From positions 240,001 through 272,000 of the forward strand of contig NZ_AP024987.1 in assembly GCF_020885515.1 (NCBI RefSeq): a DNA stretch of 32,000 nt, written 5' to 3'. The stretch is from a cyanobacterium endosymbiont of Braarudosphaera bigelowii (GTDB lineage: Bacteria; Cyanobacteriota; Cyanobacteriia; Cyanobacteriales; Microcystaceae). Positions within the stretch are counted from its first letter, which is position 1. The number at the start of each line of letters is the position of its first letter. The notes below the pieces were generated by a model. That model saw only the letters and a program-made list of their open reading frames with translations, ran no database searches and was not told the DNA's origin. Position numbers and translations under genes: made by a program. Of the stretch, positions 20,254 through 29,820 are shown one piece after another.

Positions 20254-20946
20254 ATGATGTTAGACCAATTCCGTAATTACTATCCTCAAGGAAGTTTAAT
20301 TAGTGAGCTAATAACTATTGATCATGGAAAGTACATTGTTAGAGCATTGATACAGGTTGATGGTGTCATTTTGGGAACAGGCCTAGCTGGAGATAATATA
20401 ATAGAAGTAGCTGAAGATCGTGCTATAGATAGAGCTTTAAAAAGTGTAGAATCAACAGTTAAATCTTCGATAAAGCTTGATTCTGTTAATTATAAGAATA
20501 ATTTAGACACAGAATTTAAGGATGTTATTTTAAATCCCTCAGAAAAATTAATAGAATCTTCAAATATAGAAGAAAATAAGCAAAACAATAATGACTTCTC
20601 TGAACCAGGTTTTAGAGATCTGGTTGAAATAAAAGAATATGGTCAAGAAGTTGCTAATTTTGGGAAAACTGTTGATAAAAGGAGCAATTTACAAGAAGAT
20701 GATACTTCCCACTCCCTTCCTAATAATGACAATACTTTTTTCGAGTCTAATGTAGACAATGAGTCTCTTGATTTTTCAGAAATTATCGCTCGTTCTAACA
20801 TAGAGTTAAAACGAGTAAAATGGACAACAGAACAAGGTAGGGATTATTTAATTAAAACTTATGAAAAAAGATCTCGCCAAGTGCTTTCTGATAAGGAACT
20901 TTTAGACTTTCTTCATTATTTAGAAAACCTTCCAACACCTACTTAG
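20254..20946 (+). CDS. Cyanobacterial protein of unknown function; conserved-looking N- and C-terminal blocks joined by a low-complexity linker
   Basis: 230 aa ORF. N-block YYPQGSLISELITIDHGKYIVRALIQVDG..GTGLAG; C-block VKWTTEQGRDYLIKTYEKRSRQVLSDKELLDFLHYLENLP. Confidence 0.7.
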   Translation: MMLDQFRNYYPQGSLISELITIDHGKYIVRALIQVDGVILGTGLAGDNIIEVAEDRAIDRALKSVESTVKSSIKLDSVNYKNNLDTEFKDVILNPSEKLIESSNIEENKQNNNDFSEPGFRDLVEIKEYGQEVANFGKTVDKRSNLQEDDTSHSLPNNDNTFFESNVDNESLDFSEIIARSNIELKRVKWTTEQGRDYLIKTYEKRSRQVLSDKELLDFLHYLENLPTPT

Positions 20947-21006
20947 TTAAATATTTATTAGATAGAGGTACTTAATAATTTACCTCTATCTAATAAATAT
21001 TTAACT
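20945..21006. terminator. Inverted repeat (26 bp perfect arms, 10 nt loop) filling the gap between two convergent genes
   Basis: agttaaatatttattagatagaggta (20945-20970) and tacctctatctaataaatatttaact (20981-21006) are exact reverse complements. The repeat overlaps the ends of both flanking ORFs. Confidence 0.88.
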
Positions 21007-21600
21007 TACAGCATCAATTACTGAGGGACTACGACTAATAACCTGGTCAATTAATCCATAGTTTTTAGCTTCTTCTGCAGACATAAAGAAGTCTCTTTCT
21101 GTATCTTCAGCAACTTTATTTAAAGGCTGTCCAGTATGGTCAGCAAGATGATTATTTAGAAGACTCTTAAGATAAAGAATTTCTCTAGCTTGTATCTCAA
21201 TATCTGTAGCTTGTCCTTGAGCACCACCTAAAGGTTGATGAATCATAATACGAGAGTTAGGTAAACTCATTCTCTTGCCCTTGGCTCCAGCACTAAGAAG
21301 AAACGCTCCCATACTTGCCGCTAGTCCGATACAAACGGTACATACATCAGGTTGAATCTTATTCATTGTATCAAAAATTCCTAGTCCAGAAGATACAGAA
21401 CCACCAGGAGAATTAATGTATAAGTAAATATCTTTTTCAGGATCTTCTGCTTCAAGAAATAATAACTGAGCTACAATTAAATTAGAATTTTCATCTTTAA
21501 CTTCTTGTCCTAGAAATACAATACGTTCTCGCAAAAGACGAGAATAGATGTCAAATGCGCGTTCGCCACGGCCAGAGGTTTCAATAACAGTAGGAATCAT
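21001..21600 (-). CDS. clpP: ATP-dependent Clp protease proteolytic subunit
   Basis: 199 aa ORF with [43 protein letters not shown] and [20 protein letters not shown]. Confidence 0.97.
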   Translation of the reverse strand: MIPTVIETSGRGERAFDIYSRLLRERIVFLGQEVKDENSNLIVAQLLFLEAEDPEKDIYLYINSPGGSVSSGLGIFDTMNKIQPDVCTVCIGLAASMGAFLLSAGAKGKRMSLPNSRIMIHQPLGGAQGQATDIEIQAREILYLKSLLNNHLADHTGQPLNKVAEDTERDFFMSAEEAKNYGLIDQVISRSPSVIDAVS

Positions 21601-21901
21601 TGAGCTTTTTTTGTGATATTTACTATGATCTTAGCGATTTTACCTACACAAGACCATAATAAATTATGGCGATGTTCAAATTAAAACTTTAAATCATTTG
21701 AGTTAAGACCACATATTGATGATTCCTTAACCGATATATGGTTAATAAAAAAGTATTTAATCAAGACATTATGCATGAGATGATAGGTTTTTATTAATTA
21801 AATTTATCCGCGACAAAATATTGTATGTACTTCGTTTAAGTATCAACTTATTAATAACTTGTTTTAAATGTAATATTTGGATTATTTTTATTAGCTTTTA
21901 T

Positions 21902-22300
21902 CTAAAATATTTTTTGGAATGTCTGTACAGATTCTAATTGTTGATTTTTCTGTTGTAATTGTATAGCAACAGAATTACACACTAAGTCACACAATGAGAA
22001 GACCAATGGATTTGCAATCGCATAAAATACATTAACGCCTTCTTGAGTTCTTGTGACGATACCAGCTTGAGATAATACTTTCAAATGCTTAGAAACATTA
22101 GCTTGTCCCAACTCAGTTATTTCAATAATTTGAGAGACATTTTTACCTCCATTTTTGAGTGCACAAATGATTTGTAATCGGCTAACTTCTGATAAAACTT
22201 TAAAAAAGTCTGCAATTATTGTTAAAACAGCGGGAGATAAATTAGATATTTTTCCTTTTTCCAAGAAATCCATCTTAGGAGCGTATTGGGAGTAGGTCAT
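21902..22300 (-). CDS. ArsR-family winged-helix transcriptional regulator
   Basis: 132 aa ORF: FKVLSEVSRLQIICALKNGGKNVSQIIEITELGQANVSKHLKVLSQAGIVTRTQEGVNVFYAI. Confidence 0.9.
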   Translation of the reverse strand: MTYSQYAPKMDFLEKGKISNLSPAVLTIIADFFKVLSEVSRLQIICALKNGGKNVSQIIEITELGQANVSKHLKVLSQAGIVTRTQEGVNVFYAIANPLVFSLCDLVCNSVAIQLQQKNQQLESVQTFQKIF

Positions 22301-22472
22301 TTCTAATATACTTTCTATGGAAGCAATAGACTATGTAAATACTTGGTAAGCCCCATTATAGCTTAATTAGTCTCAATTGCCTATATTACCAAATAGTTAT
22401 TTATTAACATAAAAATAACTATTCCTTGAATAATCAAGACTAAAATAATGAGGCTATTAGACAAGAAAAATA

Positions 22473-23195
22473 ATGAAGTTAAATCAACTATTAAGTAAAT
22501 ATAATCTAGGAGAAAGAGATTTTCAAAACATTTGTTTGAGAGAAATAGATTTAATAGGGGTTAATCTTCCAAATATCAATTTGGAAGCAGCTGATATAAG
22601 ACAAAGTCGCCTAGGGAAAAGTAATCTTAATGGAGCAATATTTAAAAAAGCTGATTTAAGTGAATCTATTATTTGGGGAACTAGTTTGAAAAATTCCAAC
22701 TTATCTAGAGCCATTTTAAGAGATACAGACCTTAGTGGAGCAGAACTTATTAATACTAATCTTACAAATGCTTATTTAAGTAAAGCTAGTTTATGTGGGG
22801 CAAACCTAGCTAAAGCAAATTTATCATACGCGATACTGTATGAAGTAGACTTGCGTCCCCTTTCTAATAGAAGAACTAATTTAGGGCAAGCAAACTTAAG
22901 CCATACTGATTTATCCTATGCCAAGTTGAGTTCAGCTTTACTTTTTAGAGCAGACTTGTCAGGAGCAAAATTATGTCGAGCAGAACTAAATCAGGATCCT
23001 TATAAGTTTCCATTCTTAACAGATTTAACAGAAGCTAACTTACAGGGAGCAGATCTGAGCTATGCAGACTTAAGCAATGCTATTTTAGTTAATGCTAATT
23101 TAAAAAATGCAGATTTAACTGGTACCAACCTAAAAGGAACGAACTTACAAGGAACTATTATGCCAAATGGAAGTATATATAACTTATCTATTTAA
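22473..23195 (+). CDS. Pentapeptide-repeat protein
   Basis: 240 aa ORF with many A(N/D)LXX repeats (GADLSYADLSNAILVNANLKNADLTGTNLKGTNLQG). Confidence 0.93.
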   Translation: MKLNQLLSKYNLGERDFQNICLREIDLIGVNLPNINLEAADIRQSRLGKSNLNGAIFKKADLSESIIWGTSLKNSNLSRAILRDTDLSGAELINTNLTNAYLSKASLCGANLAKANLSYAILYEVDLRPLSNRRTNLGQANLSHTDLSYAKLSSALLFRADLSGAKLCRAELNQDPYKFPFLTDLTEANLQGADLSYADLSNAILVNANLKNADLTGTNLKGTNLQGTIMPNGSIYNLSI

Positions 23196-23385
23196 TTTAT
23201 ATAAATAATATTTTTCAAAAATCACATAAAATTTATTTAAATATTTGACCAGATCCAGTTTTTAGTAAAAAAAATCGCATAAATGAGACAAGTATTATAT
23301 TAACTTGTCATATTTTTAATCTATTGTAAAATTAAAAGTTGGTGTAAAAAATATTTTGTAGTAAATGTAAATAAGGATAGATATT

Positions 23386-23844
23386 ATGTCTAAACGAGTT
23401 CCAATGGTTCTAAATAAGTCTATTAGTAAACTAGGAAAAAGCGGTGATCTAGTAGAAGTTGCTCCGGGATATGCTAGAAACTATCTTCTTCCCCAGAAAT
23501 TAGCTGTCATTGCTACTAGCAGTATTCTTAAGCAAGTTGAACAACGTAAAGAAAAAGAAGCTCAAAGACTTTTATTTGTAAAACAAGCGGCAGAAGAGCA
23601 AAAAGTTTCCTTAGAAACCATTAAGTGTTTTACCATTAATAAACAAGTTGGGGAAGGGGAAGCAATTTTCGGAACTGTTACTAATCAAGAAGTCGTAGAA
23701 ATTATACAAAAAATCACTAATCAAGAAATAGATCGCCGAGGTGTTACTCTTCCTGAAATTAGTCAGACTGGTTCTTATGAAGCGACTATTAAACTTCATC
23801 CAGAAGTAATTGCTACTATTGAAATTCAAGTAATACCTTCTTAA
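23386..23844 (+). CDS. rplI: 50S ribosomal protein L9
   Basis: 152 aa ORF: [40 protein letters not shown], with the L9 C-terminal domain. Confidence 0.97.
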   Translation: MSKRVPMVLNKSISKLGKSGDLVEVAPGYARNYLLPQKLAVIATSSILKQVEQRKEKEAQRLLFVKQAAEEQKVSLETIKCFTINKQVGEGEAIFGTVTNQEVVEIIQKITNQEIDRRGVTLPEISQTGSYEATIKLHPEVIATIEIQVIPS

Positions 23845-24208
23845 GAATATATTTCTTAGTTATTATAGCTTTTAAAAAAAGCTAGCTTAAATTAAGCAAG
23901 TGTATAAAAGCTTTAGTATAATGCTCTAGAATCTTGTAGTACTTAATTTTACTTTAAAGATTACTCATAATTATTTAAAAAATCATTTAACTTTCTTTCT
24001 TGAGAATATTCTAAATGAGAAAATTATTAACTACTTTTTGTTCTTTTACAAATTACTAAATAAAATTGTTTTTGAGAGTTAAATTGAAAATAATATTTTT
24101 CATTTTAGTCAATTCTTGCTTATTTACTTGAATAGAGAATTAAAAGTTACTTAGGTTTCTAGAATAACTTTATTTTTATTAAATAAAATATTTAAAGAAT
24201 AATCTTAT

Positions 24209-24295
24209 TTAAATTTTAAAGCTACTAATTTTGACCTCTAGATTTATATTAATAATATAAATCTAGAGGTCAAAATTAGTAGCTTTAAAATTTAA
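24209..24295. repeat. 87 nt perfect palindrome (43 bp arms, 1 nt centre) between rplI and zwf
   Basis: ttaaattttaaagctactaattttgacctctagatttatatta - a - taatataaatctagaggtcaaaattagtagctttaaaatttaa; the arms are exact reverse complements. Confidence 0.93.
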
Positions 24296-24462
24296 CCATA
24301 TAGGTAGAGAATATATTAAGACTTAAAATTTGATATTGGAAAGAAGCCGCTGATGAATTACACAGTTTATTATTATCAAAGCTTAATTTTGTGTAATAAC
24401 TTCGCTTCCTTCAGAAAAGTTTTAGTTAAACTGAAAACTATTGAGGAGGCAAAGTAAAGCTT

Positions 24463-25992
24463 ATGGTAACATTATTAGAAAATCCATTTCGCATTGGACT
24501 ACGCCAAGAGAGAAATCCACAACCCTTAATACTAGTGATTTTTGGTGCATCTGGTGATTTAACCCAACGTAAACTTGTTCCTGCACTCTACAAAATGAAA
24601 CAGGAAAGAAGATTACCTCCAGAATTAACTGTAGTAGGAGTTGCTCGTCGAGATTGGAGTCATGCCCATTTTAGAGATAAAATGCTGGAGGGGATTGAAG
24701 AGTTCTCTGATGGTATCGGTAATAAAGAATTATGGGATAATTTTGCTGAAGGCCTATATTACTGTTCAGGTAATATGGATGAACCGGAAAGTTATCAAAA
24801 ATTAAAAACTTTATTAAAAGAGTTAGATGACAAGAGGGGAACTAGAGGAAATCGTGTATTTTATCTATCTGTTTCTCCGAATTTCTTCCCACCTGGTATT
24901 AAGCAATTAGGTGCAGCTGGGATGTTAAGTGATCCCTTAAAACATAGAATTGTTATTGAAAAGCCTTTTGGTAAAGATTTAAGTTCAGCTAAAGTCCTTA
25001 ATCGTATAGTCCAAAATGTATGTAAAGAAGAACAAGTTTATCGAATTGACCACTACCTAGGGAAGGAAACTGTCCAAAATTTATTAGTTTTTCGTTTTGC
25101 TAATGCAATTTTTGAACCTTTATGGAATCGCCAATTCGTAGATCATGTTCAAATCACAGTAGCTGAAACTGTTGGAGTAGAGGATAGAGCAGGCTACTAT
25201 GATACTTCTGGAGCCTTACGGGACATGCTGCAAAATCATCTTATGCAGCTTTTTTGTTTGACTGCTATGGAACCTCCTAATGCTTTAAATGCTGATAGTA
25301 TACGTAATGAAAAAGTTAAGGTGTTACAGGCAACTAACTTGGCTGATACTCATAATTTAGAAAACTCAGCTATTCGTGGACAATACAAAGCAGGCTGGAT
25401 GAAAGGAAAACCTGTTCCAGGATATTTAGAAGAAACAGGAGTTCCTTTAAATTCTTCTACACCTACTTATGTAGCCATGAAACTAATGGTAGATAATTGG
25501 AGATGGAAGGGAGTACCTTTTTACCTTAGAACCGGAAAAAGATTACCTAAAAAGGTAACTGAAATATCTATTCAATTTAAAGATGTACCTTTTCTTATTT
25601 TTCAATCAGCAGCTTACCAAACAAATCCTAATATTCTAAGCATGCGTATTCAGCCTAATGAAGGTATAGCTTTAAAATTTGAAGCAAAAATGCCGGGTTC
25701 AGAACTTCGTACTCGTTCAGTAGAAATGGATTTTAATTATGGCTCTTCTTTCGGTATGACTACATCCGATGCATATCATCGTCTTTTATTGGATGCCATG
25801 CTAGGAGACCAAACTTTATTTACGCGTGCTGATGAGGTTGAAGAAGCATGGCGTGTTGTTAGCCCTGTTCTTTCTGTATGGGATAGTCCAGCTGAACCTA
25901 ACACCGTTCCTCAGTACGAAGCTGGAACGTGGGAACCTACAGAAGCAGAATTGTTAATGAATCGTGATGGTCGTCGTTGGCGACGCTTGTAA
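24463..25992 (+). CDS. zwf: Glucose-6-phosphate 1-dehydrogenase
   Basis: 509 aa ORF with [35 protein letters not shown] and [15 protein letters not shown]. Preceded by gaggaggcaaag. Confidence 0.97.
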   Translation: MVTLLENPFRIGLRQERNPQPLILVIFGASGDLTQRKLVPALYKMKQERRLPPELTVVGVARRDWSHAHFRDKMLEGIEEFSDGIGNKELWDNFAEGLYYCSGNMDEPESYQKLKTLLKELDDKRGTRGNRVFYLSVSPNFFPPGIKQLGAAGMLSDPLKHRIVIEKPFGKDLSSAKVLNRIVQNVCKEEQVYRIDHYLGKETVQNLLVFRFANAIFEPLWNRQFVDHVQITVAETVGVEDRAGYYDTSGALRDMLQNHLMQLFCLTAMEPPNALNADSIRNEKVKVLQATNLADTHNLENSAIRGQYKAGWMKGKPVPGYLEETGVPLNSSTPTYVAMKLMVDNWRWKGVPFYLRTGKRLPKKVTEISIQFKDVPFLIFQSAAYQTNPNILSMRIQPNEGIALKFEAKMPGSELRTRSVEMDFNYGSSFGMTTSDAYHRLLLDAMLGDQTLFTRADEVEEAWRVVSPVLSVWDSPAEPNTVPQYEAGTWEPTEAELLMNRDGRRWRRL

Positions 25993-26065
25993 TAGAAATC
26001 AGGAATTTTTCCTGCTTAGTTGATTTCTTACCCAACCAATAACTTCCTCCCATAACAGAACAATT

Positions 26066-27424
26066 ATGACTACTCAAACTCTCCCAATCGTTTCTTTGCA
26101 AGATCCCAAGGATGTTTCTATAAATGTCATTGAGGCGGAACTAAGCAATATTTGGCAAAGTTATAATAATAACGATGATGGAATTATAGCTACCCGTGCT
26201 AATACATTTACCTTTATTATTTATGAACCTGGACCTACTCAGTATCTATTAGCTGTTCTTGGTTTTTATACAGGTATTATTGATGGTATAGTTGGTCCTC
26301 GTACTATCGCTGCAATTAAATCTGCAGAAGAAACATACAACCTAAAAGTAACAGGCGAATCTAGTGAAGAGTTTATTCTTAAATTACAATCAGAATTTAA
26401 ACAAGCTAAGACTAAAGGACAACTTAGTGATTTGCAAAAAATTACTGCTCAGTCCTATTCTCCTGACCTAGAAGAAACAGGTTTAGCTAATTTTAATCCT
26501 TGTAGAGTAATAACAATTCGTCCTACTGTTGATAGTAATGATAGCGTCAAAGCACAAGTCTCTGCTTCTTGTCCTATTAACAAACAAGGTAATCATACTT
26601 TAGCTTGTTGTGAATATATTACACTACAAGGAAGTGCTGATGCTTTAGAAAAAATTAGTGATGTTATCTCAGATTTAAGTATTGACGGATTACCTACATG
26701 TACTTGGTGGAAAGCTATTCCTGAGCCAGAGTATGAACTTTTTAAAAAGTTAGCTTCCCAAAGTAATACTCTGGTTGTAGATTCCAGCACTTTTAGTAAT
26801 TCAATAAACCAACTGGCAAAATTAGGCAAGATGTTGGAGCAAAACTTACCCTTAGCTGATTTAAACTGGGTAAGACTGAGTCCATGGCAAGAACTAACAG
26901 CTGCAGCTTTCGATCCTCCAGAACGTCGTAATGCTGTTTTGGAAATTGATCGTATTGCTATTGATTATGAAAAAGGAAATTCAGCCCAAGCATTAATGTA
27001 CTTAGGTTGGGTTGCTAGTCGCTTACAATGGCAGCCTATTGCTTATGAGTATGAAGAAGGTGACTACAATATTTGCAGAGTCAAGCTTCTTAATAGTGAA
27101 CAAAGAAGCATAGAAGCTGAATTGTCTGGAATTCCTCTAGCAGATTGGGGTGATGTATTAGGAGATTTAATTAGCCTGAAATTAAGTTCTACAAATTCAC
27201 AAGCAGACTGTTGTACAGTATTATGTTCCGGTACTACTGGATGTATGCGAATGGAGGCATCTGGTGGTGCTCAGGCTTGCCGTATTGAACAAGTAACATC
27301 TCTAGCAGATCAAAAAACCGACAATTTGATTCAAAGACAACTTCAAAGATGGGGTACAGATGCTTTATATAAAGAAAGTATGGAAGTCGTTACCTCTATG
27401 CTTAAATTAGCTCTTAATCAATAA
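26066..27424 (+). CDS. opcA: Glucose-6-phosphate dehydrogenase assembly protein OpcA
   Basis: 452 aa ORF immediately downstream of zwf, with N-terminal peptidoglycan-binding-like segment (GIVGPRTIAAI) and the OpcA block VLEIDRIAIDYEKGNSAQALMYLGWVASRLQW. Confidence 0.93.
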   Translation: MTTQTLPIVSLQDPKDVSINVIEAELSNIWQSYNNNDDGIIATRANTFTFIIYEPGPTQYLLAVLGFYTGIIDGIVGPRTIAAIKSAEETYNLKVTGESSEEFILKLQSEFKQAKTKGQLSDLQKITAQSYSPDLEETGLANFNPCRVITIRPTVDSNDSVKAQVSASCPINKQGNHTLACCEYITLQGSADALEKISDVISDLSIDGLPTCTWWKAIPEPEYELFKKLASQSNTLVVDSSTFSNSINQLAKLGKMLEQNLPLADLNWVRLSPWQELTAAAFDPPERRNAVLEIDRIAIDYEKGNSAQALMYLGWVASRLQWQPIAYEYEEGDYNICRVKLLNSEQRSIEAELSGIPLADWGDVLGDLISLKLSSTNSQADCCTVLCSGTTGCMRMEASGGAQACRIEQVTSLADQKTDNLIQRQLQRWGTDALYKESMEVVTSMLKLALNQ

Positions 27425-27448
27425 TTAAAAATCAAGTGTTTTATTTAT

Positions 27449-27486
27449 AAGTGGGATTAGAATATATAAGTCTTCTAATCCCACTT
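27449..27486 (+). terminator. Intrinsic terminator downstream of opcA
   Basis: aagtgggattagaa - tatataagtc - ttctaatcccactt, followed by a short tt tract; stem 14 bp, perfect. Confidence 0.82.
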
Positions 27487-27688
27487 TTCATCAATTTTAG
27501 AAATAATTTAAATTAACAAAATCTATTATAAAAAATATAATGCTGTTAACTACAACAAACCAATGTATAAAAAATTAAAATTTAGACATTACTATATACT
27601 AGCTTCCAGTCTAATAAGATATACTGTGATGTTCTCTTAAGTATAAGAATCAGACTACTGATTCTATTTTACAAATGACAAACACATA

Positions 27689-28837
27689 TTGAAATTTATG
27701 TTTAAGATAGTTCAATCTTTTTATCCTCTCTTCTTATACTTAATTAAAAATTATCCGGAAAAAGCTCATCATATTTTTCTAAAAAGTTTAAACTTTTTAA
27801 ACAAAAAACGTTATACCTTTTTTGGAAATTATTTATTATCAAATATAAGAAATTCTTTCTGCTATAGTGATACCCGTCTTAAGCAGACTTTGTGGGGACT
27901 TGATTTTAATATTCCTGTAGGATTAGCTGCTGGGTTCGATAAAGATGGTTTGGCAACAAGTATATGGGACTGTTTTGGTTTTGGATTTATCGAGATTGGA
28001 GCTGTTACTCTTCATCCTCAAGTCGGTAATTTGAAACCAAGATTGTTTCGTCTACCTTTAGATACAGCAATCTTAAACAGATTAGGTGCAAACAATGATG
28101 GTGCTGTATCTATTGCTAAAAGATTGACAATGGACAGTAAAATAGAGCCTTTTAAAGTTCCAGTTGGTATTAATTTATGTAAATCAAAAATTACTCCTCT
28201 AAATTTAGCTGTCGATGATTATTTGGGCAGTTTTCATCATCTTGAGTCTTGCGTAAATTATTTTACTATTAATGTGAGTTCTCCTAATACACCTGGTCTT
28301 AGGATACTACAAGAAGAAAAACATTTAGAAACTATCCTATATAAATTACAGCTCGAAAATAAATATAATAAACCCTTGTTTATTAAAATTTCTCCTGATT
28401 TAAACTGGGAATCCATTAGAACTATTATCGCATTATCTAAAACTTATAATCTATCAGGTATTGTTGCTACTAATACGACTACGAAGCGTGAAAGCTTAAA
28501 AACTGTAATTTTAAAAACAACAGGAAATTATATTGAAAAAGAACTTGGAGGTATTAGTGGAAAGCCAATCTGTGAAAGGTCAACGGAAGTGATCAGATTT
28601 ATATATAAGGAGACGAAAGGTACATTGCCTATAATTGGAGTAGGAGGAATTTTTACAGCAAAAGATGCTTGGAATAAAATTGCTGCAGGAGCTACGCTAT
28701 TACAATTATACACAGGTTGGATATACCAAGGACCTTGGTGCATACCAGAAATATCAAGAGGACTAGCTCTTCAATTAGAGAAACATAAACTATCTCATAT
28801 TTCCCAAGTTATAGGTAGTGAAATTCCATTTTCTTAA
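27689..28837 (+). CDS. pyrD: Dihydroorotate dehydrogenase (quinone), class 2
   Basis: 382 aa ORF with VGLAAGFDKDG, IEIGAVTLHPQVGNLKPRLFRL, INVSSPNTPGLR, VATNTTTKR and IGVGGIFTAKDAWNKIAAGA. Confidence 0.96.
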   Translation: MKFMFKIVQSFYPLFLYLIKNYPEKAHHIFLKSLNFLNKKRYTFFGNYLLSNIRNSFCYSDTRLKQTLWGLDFNIPVGLAAGFDKDGLATSIWDCFGFGFIEIGAVTLHPQVGNLKPRLFRLPLDTAILNRLGANNDGAVSIAKRLTMDSKIEPFKVPVGINLCKSKITPLNLAVDDYLGSFHHLESCVNYFTINVSSPNTPGLRILQEEKHLETILYKLQLENKYNKPLFIKISPDLNWESIRTIIALSKTYNLSGIVATNTTTKRESLKTVILKTTGNYIEKELGGISGKPICERSTEVIRFIYKETKGTLPIIGVGGIFTAKDAWNKIAAGATLLQLYTGWIYQGPWCIPEISRGLALQLEKHKLSHISQVIGSEIPFS

Positions 28838-28854
28838 AAAGAAGGGTAGTATTT

Positions 28855-29115
28855 TTAGGTTTGCTTATTATTCTTTGCATAAGCTTTGGCCGAGGCTTTA
28901 ATCCAAGTAGTAATAGCGATTCCAAGAGGAAGTATCATAACGCCGAGACCTGTTATTAAAGAATTCTGGCGAGCGAAAGAACTATTCATTAGTAGAAGAA
29001 CAATACAACCACAATACAGCAAACCAAGTAAAGGTAGCCCTATCACAAGAATAGAAAACTTAGTATCTTTATCCATAAAAGCCCTTATAAATAATTGAGA
29101 TATTGATTTATTCAA
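28855..29115 (-). CDS. Small two-helix membrane protein, unknown function
   Basis: 86 aa ORF with two hydrophobic segments (FSILVIGLPLLGLLYCGCIVLLLM and NSLITGLGVMILPLGIAITTWI). Confidence 0.6.
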   Translation of the reverse strand: MNKSISQLFIRAFMDKDTKFSILVIGLPLLGLLYCGCIVLLLMNSSFARQNSLITGLGVMILPLGIAITTWIKASAKAYAKNNKQT

Positions 29116-29580
29116 AAATAATTACATATAAATACATTGTTTTTAGATCTATATAAAAATAATGCATTTATACTCATAATAATTAAAGATAAAGCCATTT
29201 GATTAGCATTATATACTAGAAACAAGAGAATTTATAAATTTAATAGATGATAATCCATTAGTATTAAACTACCTAGAAAGATTTTTCCTAATAAACATAT
29301 ATTGCTACTGAAAACTCTACTAAATTAATTAGTTTTACTTTACCTTTAAGGAAATAATATTATTAAATAATCCGTCTATAGAACACGAATAAATAGTAGT
29401 TAATATTACAAATGTTATTCCTATGATAATGTTCTTAGTATTCTTTTAAAATCTCATGTTAACTGAATATAAAATTTACTTTATTATATATATATTACTT
29501 CCTGTCTAGAAATTACTTGAATTTGTTTAAGATAATAATACTATATTGTTTTACTAATCAATTAAATTATTAACTGATTA

Positions 29581-29627
29581 AATTTATTCTAAGATTATTT
29601 TTTAAAATAATAATCTTAGAATAAATT
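29581..29627. repeat. Inverted repeat (19 bp arms, 9 nt spacer) upstream of the M16 peptidase gene
   Basis: aatttattctaagattatt (29581-29599) and aataatcttagaataaatt (29609-29627) are exact reverse complements. Confidence 0.75.
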
Positions 29628-29820
29628 TAATTAATGATAACCAATGATAAAAATCATCAAAGAATATTTAGTACTTGTATTATTTCTTAAATAACTAATC
29701 ATCTATAATGAAGGTTGGAGGTTTTTCAACATATGGACGAACAAACATAAGGTTTATTTATATATTGACAAACTTTATTTAAAAACGATAATTATTAATC
29801 AACTCTGCTCTATTTATTTT

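Noticed and set aside
22523-22714. Minus-strand 63 aa ORF in the pentapeptide-repeat gene
   Set aside because: Shadow created by the repetitive A(N/D)LXX codon pattern.
22473-23195. Pentapeptide-repeat protein as a toxin/immunity or fluoroquinolone-type resistance factor
   Set aside because: Pentapeptide-repeat proteins are very common in cyanobacteria and nothing adjacent supports such a role.
21902-23195. ArsR regulator plus pentapeptide gene as a metal resistance or phage-defence cassette
   Set aside because: The genes diverge but there is no transporter, metallothionein, nuclease or other effector nearby.
23611-23829. Minus-strand 72 aa ORF in rplI
   Set aside because: Antisense shadow of ribosomal protein L9.
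23845-24208. Possible decayed gene between rplI and zwf
   Set aside because: Inspected by eye; short AT-rich frames only, with no recognisable protein fragment comparable to the 13.4-14.5 kb pseudogene.
26593-26829. Minus-strand 78 aa ORF in opcA
   Set aside because: Antisense shadow, no independent support.
28528-28743. Minus-strand 71 aa ORF in pyrD
   Set aside because: Antisense shadow of the conserved FMN-binding region.
28886-29098. Plus-strand 70 aa ORF opposite the small membrane protein
   Set aside because: The minus-strand reading gives two coherent transmembrane helices; the plus-strand reading gives none.
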